From Candidatus Palauibacter scopulicola (GTDB taxonomy: Bacteria > Gemmatimonadota > Gemmatimonadetes > Palauibacterales > Palauibacteraceae), in the NCBI RefSeq assembly GCF_947581915.1, contig NZ_CANPWG010000065.1, forward strand, positions 161,181 through 225,180: 64,000 bases of DNA, in the 5' to 3' direction. The first letter of the stretch is position 1, and each line of letters starts with the position of its first letter. Of the stretch, positions 17,938-28,044 are shown piece by piece. Position numbers and translations under genes: made by a program. The notes beneath the pieces were generated by a model. The model saw nothing but the letters and a program-made list of their open reading frames with translations. It had not been told where the DNA came from and did not search any database.

Positions 17938-18963
17938 ATGAACGACGGATTGACGTACCGGGACGCCGGCGTGGACCTCGAGGCGGCCCGCGCGACCAAA
18001 GCCCGGATCTCCCGGCTCGTCCAGGGAACCCGGACGGATGCCGTGAGTTCGGACTTCGGTTCGTTCGGAGGACGGTTCCGGGCGACCCCGGGGCGGGAAC
18101 TCGTGGCGAGCGCCGATGGCGTCGGGACGAAGCTGAAGATCGCCTTCATGGCGGACCGGCACGACACGGTGGGCGCCGATCTCGTGAATCACTGCGTGAA
18201 CGACATCCTCGTCGAAGGGGCCCGGCCGCTCGTCTTCATGGACTACGTCGCCTGCGGTGTACTGGATCCGGATACCGTGACGAGCGTCGTGTCGGGACTC
18301 GCCGCTGCCTGTCGCGCGAACGGTTGCGCGCTGCTCGGGGGAGAGACCGCGGAGATGCCGGACTTCTACGCGCCTGGCGAATACGACCTCGCGGGGTTTG
18401 TGGTGGGCGAGATCGTCTACCCGGAGCTGTCACGCCGCGATCTCGAGCCTGGGGACCGTCTCATCGGGCTCGCGTCGAGCGGCATCCACACGAACGGCTA
18501 CAGCTTCGTGCGCGCCCTCTTCCTCGACCGCCTCGGACTCGGGGCGCACGACCCCTTCCCGGGGGCCGAACGCTCCGTGTCGGACGTCCTCCTGCGTCCC
18601 CACCGGAGCTACCTGCCGATCCTCGAGCGCAGCCTCGAAGCGGGGCGCGTGCGGGCGCTTGCCCACATCACGGGCGGCGGAATCCCCGGGAATGTGGACC
18701 GGGTCATCGGACAGCATCTTGATGCGGTGGTGCGCACGGACCGTTGGCCGCGCCCGCACGAGTTCGACGTCATCGCGCGGGAGAGCGGGGCGGACGAGGC
18801 GGAACTCTTCTCCACCTTCAACATGGGGGTGGGGATGGTCGCGGTCGTGCGCGGGCGGGAGGCCGGACGGGTCCTCGAGGAGATCCGCGGCGCCGGGTGC
18901 GAGGCGTTCCTGTGCGGTGAGCTCGTTGCCGGCAGCGGCCGGGTGCACCTGGAGCACTCGTGA
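17938..18963 (+). CDS. purM: phosphoribosylformylglycinamidine cyclo-ligase (AIR synthetase)
   Basis: YRDAGVDLEAA, GGETAEMPDFY and GIHTNGYS motifs; 341 aa. Confidence 0.92.
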   Translation: MNDGLTYRDAGVDLEAARATKARISRLVQGTRTDAVSSDFGSFGGRFRATPGRELVASADGVGTKLKIAFMADRHDTVGADLVNHCVNDILVEGARPLVFMDYVACGVLDPDTVTSVVSGLAAACRANGCALLGGETAEMPDFYAPGEYDLAGFVVGEIVYPELSRRDLEPGDRLIGLASSGIHTNGYSFVRALFLDRLGLGAHDPFPGAERSVSDVLLRPHRSYLPILERSLEAGRVRALAHITGGGIPGNVDRVIGQHLDAVVRTDRWPRPHEFDVIARESGADEAELFSTFNMGVGMVAVVRGREAGRVLEEIRGAGCEAFLCGELVAGSGRVHLEHS

Positions 18964-20120
18964 CGGCGCGGGGATTCGACCCCATCTCCGGGGCCCCGCC
19001 GAGCCGCACCGAGGACCTGCGCCACATGCGCGAGGCGCTGGCCGTGGCGCCGCGCGGACAGGGCCGCGTGTCGCCCAATCCGCTCGTGGGCGCCGTCGTT
19101 GCCCGGGGCAACCAGGTTTTCGGCACGGGATGGCACGCGGAGTACGGCGGCGATCATGCGGAAGTGGTGGCGCTGCGCGAGGCCGGGTCGCGCGCGGCAG
19201 GCGCGACGCTGTACGTCACGCTCGAGCCGTGCCGCCACGAGGGGCAGACGCCGCCGTGCACGACCGCCATCATCCGCTCCGGCGTGCGCCGCGTCGTGAT
19301 CGCCTGCCGGGACCCCAATCCCGAGGCGCGCCACGGGGCGGAAGAGCTGCGGCAGGCCGGCCTGGATGTCGAGATCGGGATCGAGGAGAACGCCGCGAAG
19401 CGGCTGAACGCGGCCTTCCTCTGGTTTCACCAGCGATGGGTGCCCTTCGCTTCGCTCAAGCTGGCGCTCTCCCTTGACGCGAAGCTCGGGGAGGAGAGCG
19501 TCCGCACGCCGGTGACCGGCATCCGGGCGCTGGACGAGGTCCACCGTCTCCGCTCCTGTCACGATGCGATCCTGATCGGCTCGAACACGATCGAGATCGA
19601 CGATCCCCTGCTGACGGCCCGCGGAGAGGTCGTGCCGCGGGTGCCGCCGATACGGGCGGTCCTGGATACTACGCTCCGGCTCCGAACCTCGAGTCAGCTC
19701 GTGCGCACGGCCTCGCAGGCGCCGGTATGGGCCTTCGCCGACCCCGAGACGGACGGATTCGACGAGCGCGCAGGTCCGCTCCGCGATGCGGGCGTGGAGG
19801 TGATCGGAGTCCCGCGGAGCGGGGACCACAGGCTGGACCTGAGCGCGGTCTGGAACGAAATGGCGATCCGCGGCGTACTTTCGGTGCTCGTCGAGGGAGG
19901 GGGGCAGGTCGCCGCATCGTTGCTGCGCGACGGGCACATCCAGAGGATCCATGCCTTCATCGCCCCCATGTTCTACGGGCGGGACGGCGTACCGGCGTTT
20001 CCCGGTCTCGATCCGTCGACGCCCGGCGACTGGCTGCCCGTGCAGCGGGAGTCACTGGGACAGGACACGCATATCGTGTTCGAGCACCGCCAGCTCCAGG
20101 AAACCCTGGACAACCTCTGA
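18960..20120 (+). CDS. ribD: bifunctional diaminohydroxyphosphoribosylaminopyrimidine deaminase / 5-amino-6-(5-phosphoribosylamino)uracil reductase
   Basis: CMP/dCMP deaminase zinc motif (HAEVVALREAG...TLYVTLEPCRHEG) plus a C-terminal RibD reductase domain. Confidence 0.9.
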   Translation: MTARGFDPISGAPPSRTEDLRHMREALAVAPRGQGRVSPNPLVGAVVARGNQVFGTGWHAEYGGDHAEVVALREAGSRAAGATLYVTLEPCRHEGQTPPCTTAIIRSGVRRVVIACRDPNPEARHGAEELRQAGLDVEIGIEENAAKRLNAAFLWFHQRWVPFASLKLALSLDAKLGEESVRTPVTGIRALDEVHRLRSCHDAILIGSNTIEIDDPLLTARGEVVPRVPPIRAVLDTTLRLRTSSQLVRTASQAPVWAFADPETDGFDERAGPLRDAGVEVIGVPRSGDHRLDLSAVWNEMAIRGVLSVLVEGGGQVAASLLRDGHIQRIHAFIAPMFYGRDGVPAFPGLDPSTPGDWLPVQRESLGQDTHIVFEHRQLQETLDNL

Positions 20121-20132
20121 GGGGCCCGACTC

Positions 20133-20741
20133 GTGTTCACCGGAATCATACGGGCGGTCGGCGAGGTCGCGGGCCGTGAGCGCCGGAAGACCGGACTCCG
20201 GCTGACGATCGCCCGCGTCCCCTTTATCGAACGGCTCCGGGACGGGGATTCGGTGTCGCTCGCGGGCGTGTGTACGACGGTCGTCGCTCTCGGAGAGGCG
20301 TCGTTCGATGTCGACGTCGTCGAGGCGACGCTGGAGCGGACGACGGTCGGGAGCTGGCGGGTCGGCGATCTCGTGAACCTCGAACCTGCGCTGTGCGCCG
20401 GGGACCCGCTCGGCGGGCACATGGTGCAGGGACACATCGATGGGGTGGGGACCGTGGCCGCGGCCAGGTGGGAAGCCGGGTCGGGTCGGCTCGAGATCGA
20501 ACTCCCGGGCGGCCTCGAGAGGGTGACCGTGCCGCAGGGCTCCTTCGCGGTCGATGGCGTGAGTCTCACGGTCAACCGCCTGAGCGGGACCATCGCGCGT
20601 TTCGCCATCATCCCATATACATGGACCCACACGACCCTCGGGCGCCTCGTATCCGGCGCGAGCGTCAACCTCGAGGCGGACCTGATCGGCAAACACGTGG
20701 CGCGTGCCCTCCGACCGCACGCGGCCCCGGCGGACTCCTGA
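20133..20741 (+). CDS. ribE: riboflavin synthase alpha subunit
   Basis: [12 protein letters not shown]... lumazine-binding repeats; 202 aa. Confidence 0.9.
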   Translation: MFTGIIRAVGEVAGRERRKTGLRLTIARVPFIERLRDGDSVSLAGVCTTVVALGEASFDVDVVEATLERTTVGSWRVGDLVNLEPALCAGDPLGGHMVQGHIDGVGTVAAARWEAGSGRLEIELPGGLERVTVPQGSFAVDGVSLTVNRLSGTIARFAIIPYTWTHTTLGRLVSGASVNLEADLIGKHVARALRPHAAPADS

Positions 20742-20758
20742 GACTTCGGCTGGCGGAC

Positions 20759-21973
20759 ATGCCCGCAGACACGGTGGAAGCGGCGATCGCGCGGATCCGC
20801 AGCGGCGGACTCGTGATCATCGCGGACGATGAGGATCGCGAGAACGAGGGGGACCTCGTCTGCGCGGCCGCGCTCGCGACGCCCGAGACGATCAACTTCA
20901 TGGCCAGGCACGCGCGGGGCCTCATATGTCTCGCGATGCCCGACGAAATGGCCGATCGCCTCGATCTCCCGCTCATGACGGACGACCGGCTGGCGGACCC
21001 GAACAAGACGGCGTTCACCGTGTCGATCGATGCCCGCCAGGATTTCGGCGTGTCGACCGGGATCTCCGCGCAGGATCGTGCCCGGACGATCCGCGTCGCC
21101 GTGGATCCCCAGACCCGGCCCACGGACCTCATGCGCCCGGGCCACATCTTCCCGCTCCGCTCCCGGCCCGGCGGTGTGCTCCAGCGCGTGGGCCAGACGG
21201 AGGCTTCGGTCGATCTCGCCCGGCTCGCCGGGCTCACCCCGGCGGGTGTGATCTGCGAGATTCTGAACGAGGATGGGACGATGGCGCGCCGCCCGGATCT
21301 CGAGAAGTTCGCGGCGGAGTACGACCTCCCCTTCATCACGGTCGCCGCCCTCGTCTCCTACCGGTTGCGCACGGAGAGTCTCGTACGGCGCGTCGCCGAG
21401 GCGGATCTTCCCACGCCCTGGGGAGATTTCCGCATCGTCGGGTACGCGAACGAGGTGGATGGGCGCGAACACGTCGCGCTCGTGCGCGGCGACGTGGCGG
21501 GTGCGGAGGATGTCCCTGTGCGCGTTCACTCGCGTTGCCTGACGGGCGATGTGTTCCACTCCCACCGCTGCGATTGCGGCAGCCAGCTCGAGGCGGCGAT
21601 GCGGATGGTCGTGGAGGCTGGTGCCGGGGTCATCGTCTATCTCGACCAGGAAGGGCGGGGGATCGGACTCCTGAACAAGCTCCGAGCCTACGAGCTGCAG
21701 GACGAGGGCCACGACACGGTCGAAGCGAACGAGGCGCTCGGTTTCCCGCCCGACCTGCGGAACTACGGAATCGGGGCCCAGATCCTCGTGGATCTCGGGT
21801 TGCGCTCGATCCGGGTCCTCACGAACAACCCGAAGAAACTCGCGGGGCTGGAGGGGTTCGGTCTCGTGATCCGCGACCGCCTGCCGCTCGAGTTCGGCGG
21901 GGTCGATGACCGGCTGGTCCGCTATCTCCGCACGAAGCGCGAGAAGCTGGGACACCTGACCGAATCCGCGTGA
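20759..21973 (+). CDS. ribBA: bifunctional 3,4-dihydroxy-2-butanone-4-phosphate synthase / GTP cyclohydrolase II
   Basis: DHBP synthase motifs ([20 protein letters not shown]) and GTP cyclohydrolase II CxxC ([20 protein letters not shown]). Start at ATG 20759. Confidence 0.9.
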   Translation: MPADTVEAAIARIRSGGLVIIADDEDRENEGDLVCAAALATPETINFMARHARGLICLAMPDEMADRLDLPLMTDDRLADPNKTAFTVSIDARQDFGVSTGISAQDRARTIRVAVDPQTRPTDLMRPGHIFPLRSRPGGVLQRVGQTEASVDLARLAGLTPAGVICEILNEDGTMARRPDLEKFAAEYDLPFITVAALVSYRLRTESLVRRVAEADLPTPWGDFRIVGYANEVDGREHVALVRGDVAGAEDVPVRVHSRCLTGDVFHSHRCDCGSQLEAAMRMVVEAGAGVIVYLDQEGRGIGLLNKLRAYELQDEGHDTVEANEALGFPPDLRNYGIGAQILVDLGLRSIRVLTNNPKKLAGLEGFGLVIRDRLPLEFGGVDDRLVRYLRTKREKLGHLTESA

Positions 21974-22494
21974 GAAGCGGGTCGGACACCCCTCGCGGCG
22001 ACGGCCCCGACAGGTTCACCCGCGGGCGCCTGAAGGAGTACGAGGGCGCGGCTTCCGGAACCGGCCGGAGGGTCTGCATTCTCGTCAGCCGGTTCAACTC
22101 CCGGGTCACCGAACGTCTGCTGGAAGGCGCCGCGCGGGCGACCCTCGAATGCGGTGTCGCCGAGAAGGACGTCGATATCGTGTACGTCCCGGGCGCCTGG
22201 GAGCTGCCGCTCGCCGCGCAACGGGCCGTGACGCGCGGATACGCCGCCATCGTCGCCCTGGGCTGTGTGATTCGCGGGGAAACCGCGCACTTCGACCACG
22301 TAAGCCGGGCGGCCACGGACGGCCTCGCGAAGGTACAGCTCGACTCTGGCGTGCCGATCGGTCTCGGCGTCCTCACGCCGGACACGCTGGAGCAAGCGCT
22401 CGCGCGGGCCGGCGGCGAACTCGGAAACGCCGGCTCGGAGGCGGCGCGCGCGGCGCTACGCATGGCCGACCTCCACGAACGGCTGGGCGCGTGA
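21970..22494 (+). CDS. ribH: 6,7-dimethyl-8-ribityllumazine synthase
   Basis: VCILVSRFNSRVTERLLEGA..., GAWELPLAAQ, IVALGCVIRGETAHFDHV. Confidence 0.9.
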   Translation: MRSGSDTPRGDGPDRFTRGRLKEYEGAASGTGRRVCILVSRFNSRVTERLLEGAARATLECGVAEKDVDIVYVPGAWELPLAAQRAVTRGYAAIVALGCVIRGETAHFDHVSRAATDGLAKVQLDSGVPIGLGVLTPDTLEQALARAGGELGNAGSEAARAALRMADLHERLGA

Positions 22495-22925
22495 CGCCGG
22501 CCTCCCGGACGCACGTCCATTCGCGCGCGCGGAGCTGGGCGTTGAACCTCCTCTATGCGTGGGAGGTGGGCGGAAAGGGCACGCCGCTCGAACACGCGGC
22601 GCAGAGCCTCGTCCACCGCCGCATGTCCGACCGCTACCGCCCGCACGTCCGGCGCCTGCTCGAGACCGCGAGCCGCCACCTCGACGAGATCGACGCCACG
22701 ATCGCCCATCACGCGTCGAACTGGCGGATCGAGCGCCTGCACGCCATCGACCGGAACATCCTGCGGATCGGGATCGCGGAGCTTCTGTGGTTCGAAGACG
22801 TACCGCCGAAGGTCGCGATTCACGAAGCTCTGAAGCTGGCCCGCCGGTATGGGAGTCCCGGCAGTCCGCGGTTTCTCAACGGCGTGCTCGACGCGGTGCT
22901 GAAGGCGCGGGAGGCCGGGTCCTGA
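22491..22925 (+). CDS. nusB: transcription antitermination factor NusB
   Basis: ARSWALNLLYAWEV... and ERLHAIDRNILRIGIAELL. GTG start overlaps the ribH stop (GTGA), giving the classical ribH-nusB pair. Confidence 0.85.
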   Translation: MTPASRTHVHSRARSWALNLLYAWEVGGKGTPLEHAAQSLVHRRMSDRYRPHVRRLLETASRHLDEIDATIAHHASNWRIERLHAIDRNILRIGIAELLWFEDVPPKVAIHEALKLARRYGSPGSPRFLNGVLDAVLKAREAGS

Positions 22926-22933
22926 GCGAACCC

Positions 22934-24058
22934 GTGGCGCGGCCGCTCCGGATCCTCCTCCTCAACTGGCAGGACCGGGAGAACCCCGAGGCCGGCGGCG
23001 CCGAGGTGCACCTCCACGAGATCTTCGGCCGGCTCGCGGCCCGGGGGCACCTCGTGCGGGCCGTCGTGAGCGGCTGGCCCGGCGCGGCCCCGTCCGCGAC
23101 ACTCGATTGCATCGACTTTCGGCGCGTCGGAAACCGGCACAGCTACGCATGGCGGGGGCGGCGGGCCGCGCGGGAGGTCGTGCACGACTTCGCCCCGGAT
23201 ATTCTCGTCGAGGACATCAACAAGATCCCGCTGTACTCCCCTCGGTGGGCCGGCGTCCCCGTCGTCGCCCTCGTTCCGCACCTGTTCGGGGCCACGGCTT
23301 ACGCGGAGGCGTCGATCCCCGTCGCGACGGCGGTCTGGGCCGCGGAACGGGCGATCCCCCGCGTCTATCGCAACTGCCCCTTTCAGGCGATCTCGGAGAG
23401 CACCGCGCTCGATCTCACGAAGCGGGGCCTGCTCGCCCGCGACATCACGGTCATCCCGCCCGGCATCGATCACGACACCTATTGTCCGGACCCCGCGACG
23501 GAACGTGCGGAGGCGCCGACGCTGCTCTATGTGGGCCGCCTCAAGCGCTACAAGGGTCTCGATCTCCTGCTCGAAGCGCTGTCGCGGCTGAGCGGCCGGC
23601 TGCCCGACGCAAGGCTCGTCATCGCGGGGCGCGGTAGCGACGAACGCCGTCTCCGAAGGCTCGTGCGGGGCGCCGAGCTCTCGCACCGGGTACGCTTTCT
23701 GGGGTACATCTCCGAGGAGGAGAAGGTCGCCTGGCTGCGTCGGGCCTGGGCCGTGGTCTATCCCTCTCCGAAGGAAGGGTGGGGAATGACGAACGTGGAG
23801 GCCGCCGCGTGCGGCACGCCGGTGATCGCGAGCGACTCCCCGGGGCTGCGGGAGTCGGTGGCGGCGGGGGAGTCGGGAGTTCTCGCCCCGCATGGCAACG
23901 TCGCGGCGTGGGTGGCCGCGATCGACGAACTTCTCGGGCAGCCGTCGGTGCGCAAACAGCTCGGACGGGGCGGGATCGCCCACGCGGCTCGGTTCTCGTG
24001 GTCGCGTGCAGCGGATGAGACGGAAGCGCACCTTTACCAGTCACTCGAACCCCGATGA
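22934..24058 (+). CDS. glycosyltransferase family 4 (GT-B, RfaG-like)
   Basis: C-terminal GT4 motif (YVGRLKRYKGLDLLLEA... PSPKEGWGMTNVEAAACGTPVIASDSPG). Start at GTG 22934. Confidence 0.8.
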   Translation: MARPLRILLLNWQDRENPEAGGAEVHLHEIFGRLAARGHLVRAVVSGWPGAAPSATLDCIDFRRVGNRHSYAWRGRRAAREVVHDFAPDILVEDINKIPLYSPRWAGVPVVALVPHLFGATAYAEASIPVATAVWAAERAIPRVYRNCPFQAISESTALDLTKRGLLARDITVIPPGIDHDTYCPDPATERAEAPTLLYVGRLKRYKGLDLLLEALSRLSGRLPDARLVIAGRGSDERRLRRLVRGAELSHRVRFLGYISEEEKVAWLRRAWAVVYPSPKEGWGMTNVEAAACGTPVIASDSPGLRESVAAGESGVLAPHGNVAAWVAAIDELLGQPSVRKQLGRGGIAHAARFSWSRAADETEAHLYQSLEPR

Positions 24059-24064
24059 GGACCG

Positions 24065-24412
24065 ATGCGAACCATCGTCACCGCGCGTAACGCCGATGTC
24101 TCGGACATCCGCGAGATCATCGAGACGCGCTTCACGAACCTGACCCGTTTCGAGCCGCGCGCGTCGAAGGCCGAGATCGTATTCACCGGAGAGAAGACGC
24201 AGGTGCGCGCGGCGGCCGTGGTCAGCGTCGACCGCGCCCGTCCCGTGCACGGGGAGGCGGCGGGCCCCGACCCGCGCACGGCGCTCGACCGGCTCGCGGA
24301 CAAGCTGGGCAACCAGCTCCGCCGCAACCACGACCGGTACAACGAGCACTCGGCGCCGCCGATGGATGAGCTGTTCGGGAATCCCTTTGAAGCGGGCGGA
24401 GAAGCCGAGTGA
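24065..24412 (+). CDS. hpf: ribosome hibernation promoting factor / RaiA family (sigma-54 modulation protein)
   Basis: 115-aa protein with the beta-alpha-beta-beta-beta-alpha HPF-like pattern (IVTARN.DVSD.IREIIE.RF..L.RFE). It sits immediately upstream of hprK, as in rpoN-hpf-hprK loci. Confidence 0.75.
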   Translation: MRTIVTARNADVSDIREIIETRFTNLTRFEPRASKAEIVFTGEKTQVRAAAVVSVDRARPVHGEAAGPDPRTALDRLADKLGNQLRRNHDRYNEHSAPPMDELFGNPFEAGGEAE

Positions 24413-25365
24413 CCCTCACGGTCGCGTCGCTGCTTCGACGCAAGCGGGAAGCGTTTTCCCTCACGGTGGTGGCCGGCGAGTCCGGCCTCGAGCGCCGGAT
24501 CGATGTCCCGGAGGTCTCGTCGCCGGGACTCGCGCTGGCGGGCTACCGCGAGCGCTTCGTGTCTCAGCGGGTCCTCATCTTCGGCGAAACGGAGATCGCC
24601 TATCTCCAGAGCCTCCGCGCCTCGCAACGCGCCGCCGCTCTCACGTTCGTGTTCGAGTCCGGCGTGCCCTGCGCGATCATTACGAAGAGCCAGGCGCCGC
24701 CTGAAGAACTCGTCTCCGCGGCGGAGGCGGCCGGCGTGGCGGTGCTGGAAACGCCTCTGAAGACGGGCGATTTCTACCGGAGACTGCAGCCCTATCTCGA
24801 GGAAGAGTTCGCGCCCCGGACTTCGCTCCACGGCTCCCTCGCCGATGTGTACGGGATCGGCCTCCTCTTCATCGGGCCGTCCGGCATCGGCAAGAGCGAA
24901 TGCGTGCTCGATCTCGTGGAGCGGGGCCACCGCCTCGTCGCGGACGATCTCATCCTCGTGCACCGCCGCCAGAGCGACATTCTCCTCGGACGCGCGCACG
25001 AACACCAGCGCCATCACATGGAGATCCGGGGCGTCGGCATCATCGATGTGCGGGCCATGTTCGGGATCCGGGCCGTGCGCCAGCAGAAGCGGATCGAAGT
25101 CGTCGTCGAACTCGAGGTCTGGGGAGAGCGCGACGACTATGACCGAACCGGTCTCGAAGCGGAGGAGTGCGAGATCCTGGGCGTCAAGCTGCCGAAGGTC
25201 CGCATCCCGCTGAACCCGGGCAAGAACATCACGGTGATCGCCGAAGTCGTGGCCATGAACCATCTGCTGCGCTATTCCGGGGAGGACCCCGCGGCGGCCT
25301 TCGAGCGCGATCTCATCGAGCGCATGCGGCCGGTGCGCGACTACCTCGAGTCCGATGACGAATAG
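24409..25365 (+). CDS. hprK: HPr kinase/phosphorylase
   Basis: Walker A GPSGIGKSE plus the HprK signature LVADDLILV...MEIRGVGIIDV. Confidence 0.9.
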   Translation: MTLTVASLLRRKREAFSLTVVAGESGLERRIDVPEVSSPGLALAGYRERFVSQRVLIFGETEIAYLQSLRASQRAAALTFVFESGVPCAIITKSQAPPEELVSAAEAAGVAVLETPLKTGDFYRRLQPYLEEEFAPRTSLHGSLADVYGIGLLFIGPSGIGKSECVLDLVERGHRLVADDLILVHRRQSDILLGRAHEHQRHHMEIRGVGIIDVRAMFGIRAVRQQKRIEVVVELEVWGERDDYDRTGLEAEECEILGVKLPKVRIPLNPGKNITVIAEVVAMNHLLRYSGEDPAAAFERDLIERMRPVRDYLESDDE

Positions 25366-25756
25366 CCGGGTTCGCGGCGTCGTCGTGGCGCACGTGGAAC
25401 TGGCTCATGCCCTCGTGTCCGCCGTCGAGGCCATCAGCGGCGTCAGCGGCGCGCTGCATGCCGTGAGCAACGAAGGCCTGGGGCCGGACGAACTCGCCGA
25501 AATCATCGGAGAGGCGGCGAAGGGCGCGGAGGCCATCCTTTTCGTGGACCTCGCGGGCGGCAGCTGCGGTCTGGCCAGCCTCCGGCATGTGCGGGAGAGC
25601 GGGGGCGGCGCGTGGATCACCGGCGTCAACCTTCCGATGCTGCTCGACTTCGTCTTTCACCGCGAAATGCCGCTCGAGGCGCTCGTCCCCCGCCTTCTCC
25701 GGAAGGGACGGGCCGGACAGCGCGCCCACCCGTCCCCGCCGTCCGGAACCGACTGA
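25355..25756 (+). CDS. PTS mannose/fructose/sorbose-family EIIA component
   Basis: EIIA-Man fold signature (GVVVAHVELAHAL...). Co-located with the IIB/IIC/IID genes. Confidence 0.75.
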   Translation: MTNSRVRGVVVAHVELAHALVSAVEAISGVSGALHAVSNEGLGPDELAEIIGEAAKGAEAILFVDLAGGSCGLASLRHVRESGGGAWITGVNLPMLLDFVFHREMPLEALVPRLLRKGRAGQRAHPSPPSGTD

Positions 25757-25765
25757 GCACGAACC

Positions 25766-26245
25766 GTGGCGCTCGAACTCCTCCGGATCGATGAGCGTCT
25801 GATCCACGGCCAGGTGCTCGTGGGCTGGGGACGTCCCCTGGACCTCGACTTCTACGTCATCGTCGACGAACCTCTCGCTTCCAGCGCGTGGGAGCAGGAG
25901 CTCTGGGCCAGCGCCCTCGACGACGAAGAAAGCGCCGAGTTCCTCGGGGTGGACGAGGCAGCGCGGCGCTTCGGGGAACTGAGCGCCCGGGTGGAGCGGG
26001 GCGCGCTCCTGACGCGGGATACGGCGACGATGCGGGCACTGGCCGAGCGTGGGTGCCTCGACGGGCGGACGGTGAACGTGGGAGGCGTGTACGCCGCGGC
26101 AGGGCGGAGGAAAATCCTCGACTACGTCCACCTCTCGCCGGAAGAGGTCGAGGACCTGCGGGCGATCGGTGAGCACGCTGCCGTGAGCGCCCGCAACCTC
26201 CCCACCGCACCCGAGGTCCGTCTCGACGCGCGGAAGCTCCGATGA
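25766..26245 (+). CDS. PTS mannose/sorbose-family EIIB component
   Basis: RIDERLIHGQV motif with the phosphorylatable His, characteristic of EIIB-Man. Confidence 0.8.
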   Translation: MALELLRIDERLIHGQVLVGWGRPLDLDFYVIVDEPLASSAWEQELWASALDDEESAEFLGVDEAARRFGELSARVERGALLTRDTATMRALAERGCLDGRTVNVGGVYAAAGRRKILDYVHLSPEEVEDLRAIGEHAAVSARNLPTAPEVRLDARKLR

Positions 26246-26931
26246 CCGGGGTCGAGCTCACGGTCGGCGACTGGGCGCTGGCCTGTCTGCTCGGCGCGGT
26301 CATCGGTCTCGACGAGGTGTCCTGGCCCCAGGCCATGTGGTCCCGGCCCATCGTGGCCGGCACGCTGGGAGGCATGCTTTTCGGGGCGCCCGCCGCCGGT
26401 TGCCTGGTCGGAGTCTGGCTGGAACTCGTCCTGTCGCGACATCCCTCCTTCGGCGGCGCGCGGCATCCGGAGGCCGGGCCGGCCTCTTTCACGGCGGGGG
26501 CGGCGTACGCGATCGCCGGCGGCGGCACCCCGGGCGGGATCGTCGCCGCGGTCGCGGTCGGGTGGGCGGTCGGGTGGACGGGCGCGTACTCGGTGACCCT
26601 CCTCCGGCGCGTGACGCCGCGCCTCGTCTCGCGGCCCGAAGGCTTTGGCGGGGGGGGCGCCGCCCTCGCGCGACGCCATAGGCTGGCGATGGCCCTGGAC
26701 GGGTTGCGCGCAGGATTCCTCGTCGCCGCGCTGCTCGTGCCGTCGACGCTGTTCGTGCGTCTGCTGTCGACGCAGCCACCGGGCGCCGCGTGGTGGCCCG
26801 TCGTGGCGGGGCTCGGACTCGCCGGAGCCGCGGGCGTCGGGGCTCGCGGGCTCGGCGCGCGAGCCCGCCACTGGCCCGCGCTGGCGGCCGGATGCGTCCT
26901 GGGGACGGTCCTCGCCCGGGTGCTCTCGTGA
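26242..26931 (+). CDS. PTS mannose/sorbose-family EIIC component (short)
   Basis: Polytopic membrane protein that sits between IIB and IID, with ATGA coupling to IIB. At 229 aa it is shorter than typical transport IIC-Man proteins. Confidence 0.65.
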   Translation: MTGVELTVGDWALACLLGAVIGLDEVSWPQAMWSRPIVAGTLGGMLFGAPAAGCLVGVWLELVLSRHPSFGGARHPEAGPASFTAGAAYAIAGGGTPGGIVAAVAVGWAVGWTGAYSVTLLRRVTPRLVSRPEGFGGGGAALARRHRLAMALDGLRAGFLVAALLVPSTLFVRLLSTQPPGAAWWPVVAGLGLAGAAGVGARGLGARARHWPALAAGCVLGTVLARVLS

Positions 26932-27656
26932 AACCGCGCAGAAGGGATTTCGCACGCGCCATCCTGCGCAGCTTTTCCATCCAGGGTTCATGGAACGACC
27001 GCACGATGACGGGGCCCGGACTTGCGCATGCGCTGGCGCCGCTTCTGGCGCGGATCCACGCGGGCGATCCGGCCGCGTTCCGGCAGGCCGTGCAACGTCA
27101 TTCGCGAGCCTTCAACGCGCATCCGTACCTCGCTCCCGTCGCGATCGGGGCCATCGCGCGCCTCGAATTCGATGGCGATGACCCCGACACCCTGTCGCGC
27201 TTCCGTTCCGCCCTCCGCGCGCCGCTTGGGGCGCTGGGCGACGGGGTCGCGTGGGCCGGATGGCGGCCCTTCTGCACATCCGCCGCGGCCATCGGGTTCG
27301 TGCTTGGACTCGACGCCCCGGTCGCGGCCGGCGCGTTCCTCGTTCTGTACAATGCCGGCCACCTCGCCCTCCGCATCTGGGGGCTGCGCTGCGGCTGGAG
27401 GTCCGGCCGGTCCGTGGCCTCCGCGTTGAAGCGCGCGCCGCTGCGCCGGCTGGAGAGAGCGTTCGTGTTCGCGAACCAGGTGCTCATCGGAGCCCTCGCC
27501 GCGCTGCTCATCGGCCAGCTTCCCGGAGCCGGCCTCGTCCCCTGGCGGGACGGCGGTGCAGTCATCGTGGCGCTAATGGGTTATCTTGTCCCCCGACACA
27601 TCTCGGCGGTCGCCATGGCGAGCCTCCTCGCCGCGTGCGCGGTGTGGCTCCTGTGA
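26928..27656 (+). CDS. PTS mannose/sorbose-family EIID component
   Basis: FNAHPYLAPVAIGAIARLE and LRAPLGALGD resemble IID-Man. Start at GTG 26928 (GTGA overlap). Confidence 0.7.
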   Translation: MKPRRRDFARAILRSFSIQGSWNDRTMTGPGLAHALAPLLARIHAGDPAAFRQAVQRHSRAFNAHPYLAPVAIGAIARLEFDGDDPDTLSRFRSALRAPLGALGDGVAWAGWRPFCTSAAAIGFVLGLDAPVAAGAFLVLYNAGHLALRIWGLRCGWRSGRSVASALKRAPLRRLERAFVFANQVLIGALAALLIGQLPGAGLVPWRDGGAVIVALMGYLVPRHISAVAMASLLAACAVWLL

Positions 27657-27741
27657 GCGTCCCGACAGGCGGTGCAGCCTGCCGCGACGCGCGGCCCGAC
27701 GCCGATCGTTCGCTCGACCGGAGCGGAAGGTTTCTGTGACG

Positions 27742-28044
27742 ATGCGACACGAAGCAGCGGTACGTATTCGGAACCGGCTGGGGCTGCACGCCCGTCCGGC
27801 CGCGGAGTTCGTTAAGCTTGCGAGCCGGTTCCGTGCCGAGGTGAGGGTCGAGAAGGACGAACTGGAAGTGAACGGGAAGAGCATCATGGGGGTGATGATG
27901 CTCGCCGCCGAGGCCGGCGCCTCCATCCGCATCCGGGCCACGGGGTCCGACGCCGCCAACGCCGTCGACTCCCTCACCGAGCTCGTTCTGTCCGGGTTCA
28001 GCGAGGAACTCGCTCTGGACGTGGACGCGGACGGCCCGGCGTGA
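27742..28044 (+). CDS. ptsH: phosphocarrier protein HPr
   Basis: VRIRNRLGLHARPAAEFV (His-15 region) and GKSIMGVMMLAA (Ser-46 region). Confidence 0.85.
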   Translation: MRHEAAVRIRNRLGLHARPAAEFVKLASRFRAEVRVEKDELEVNGKSIMGVMMLAAEAGASIRIRATGSDAANAVDSLTELVLSGFSEELALDVDADGPA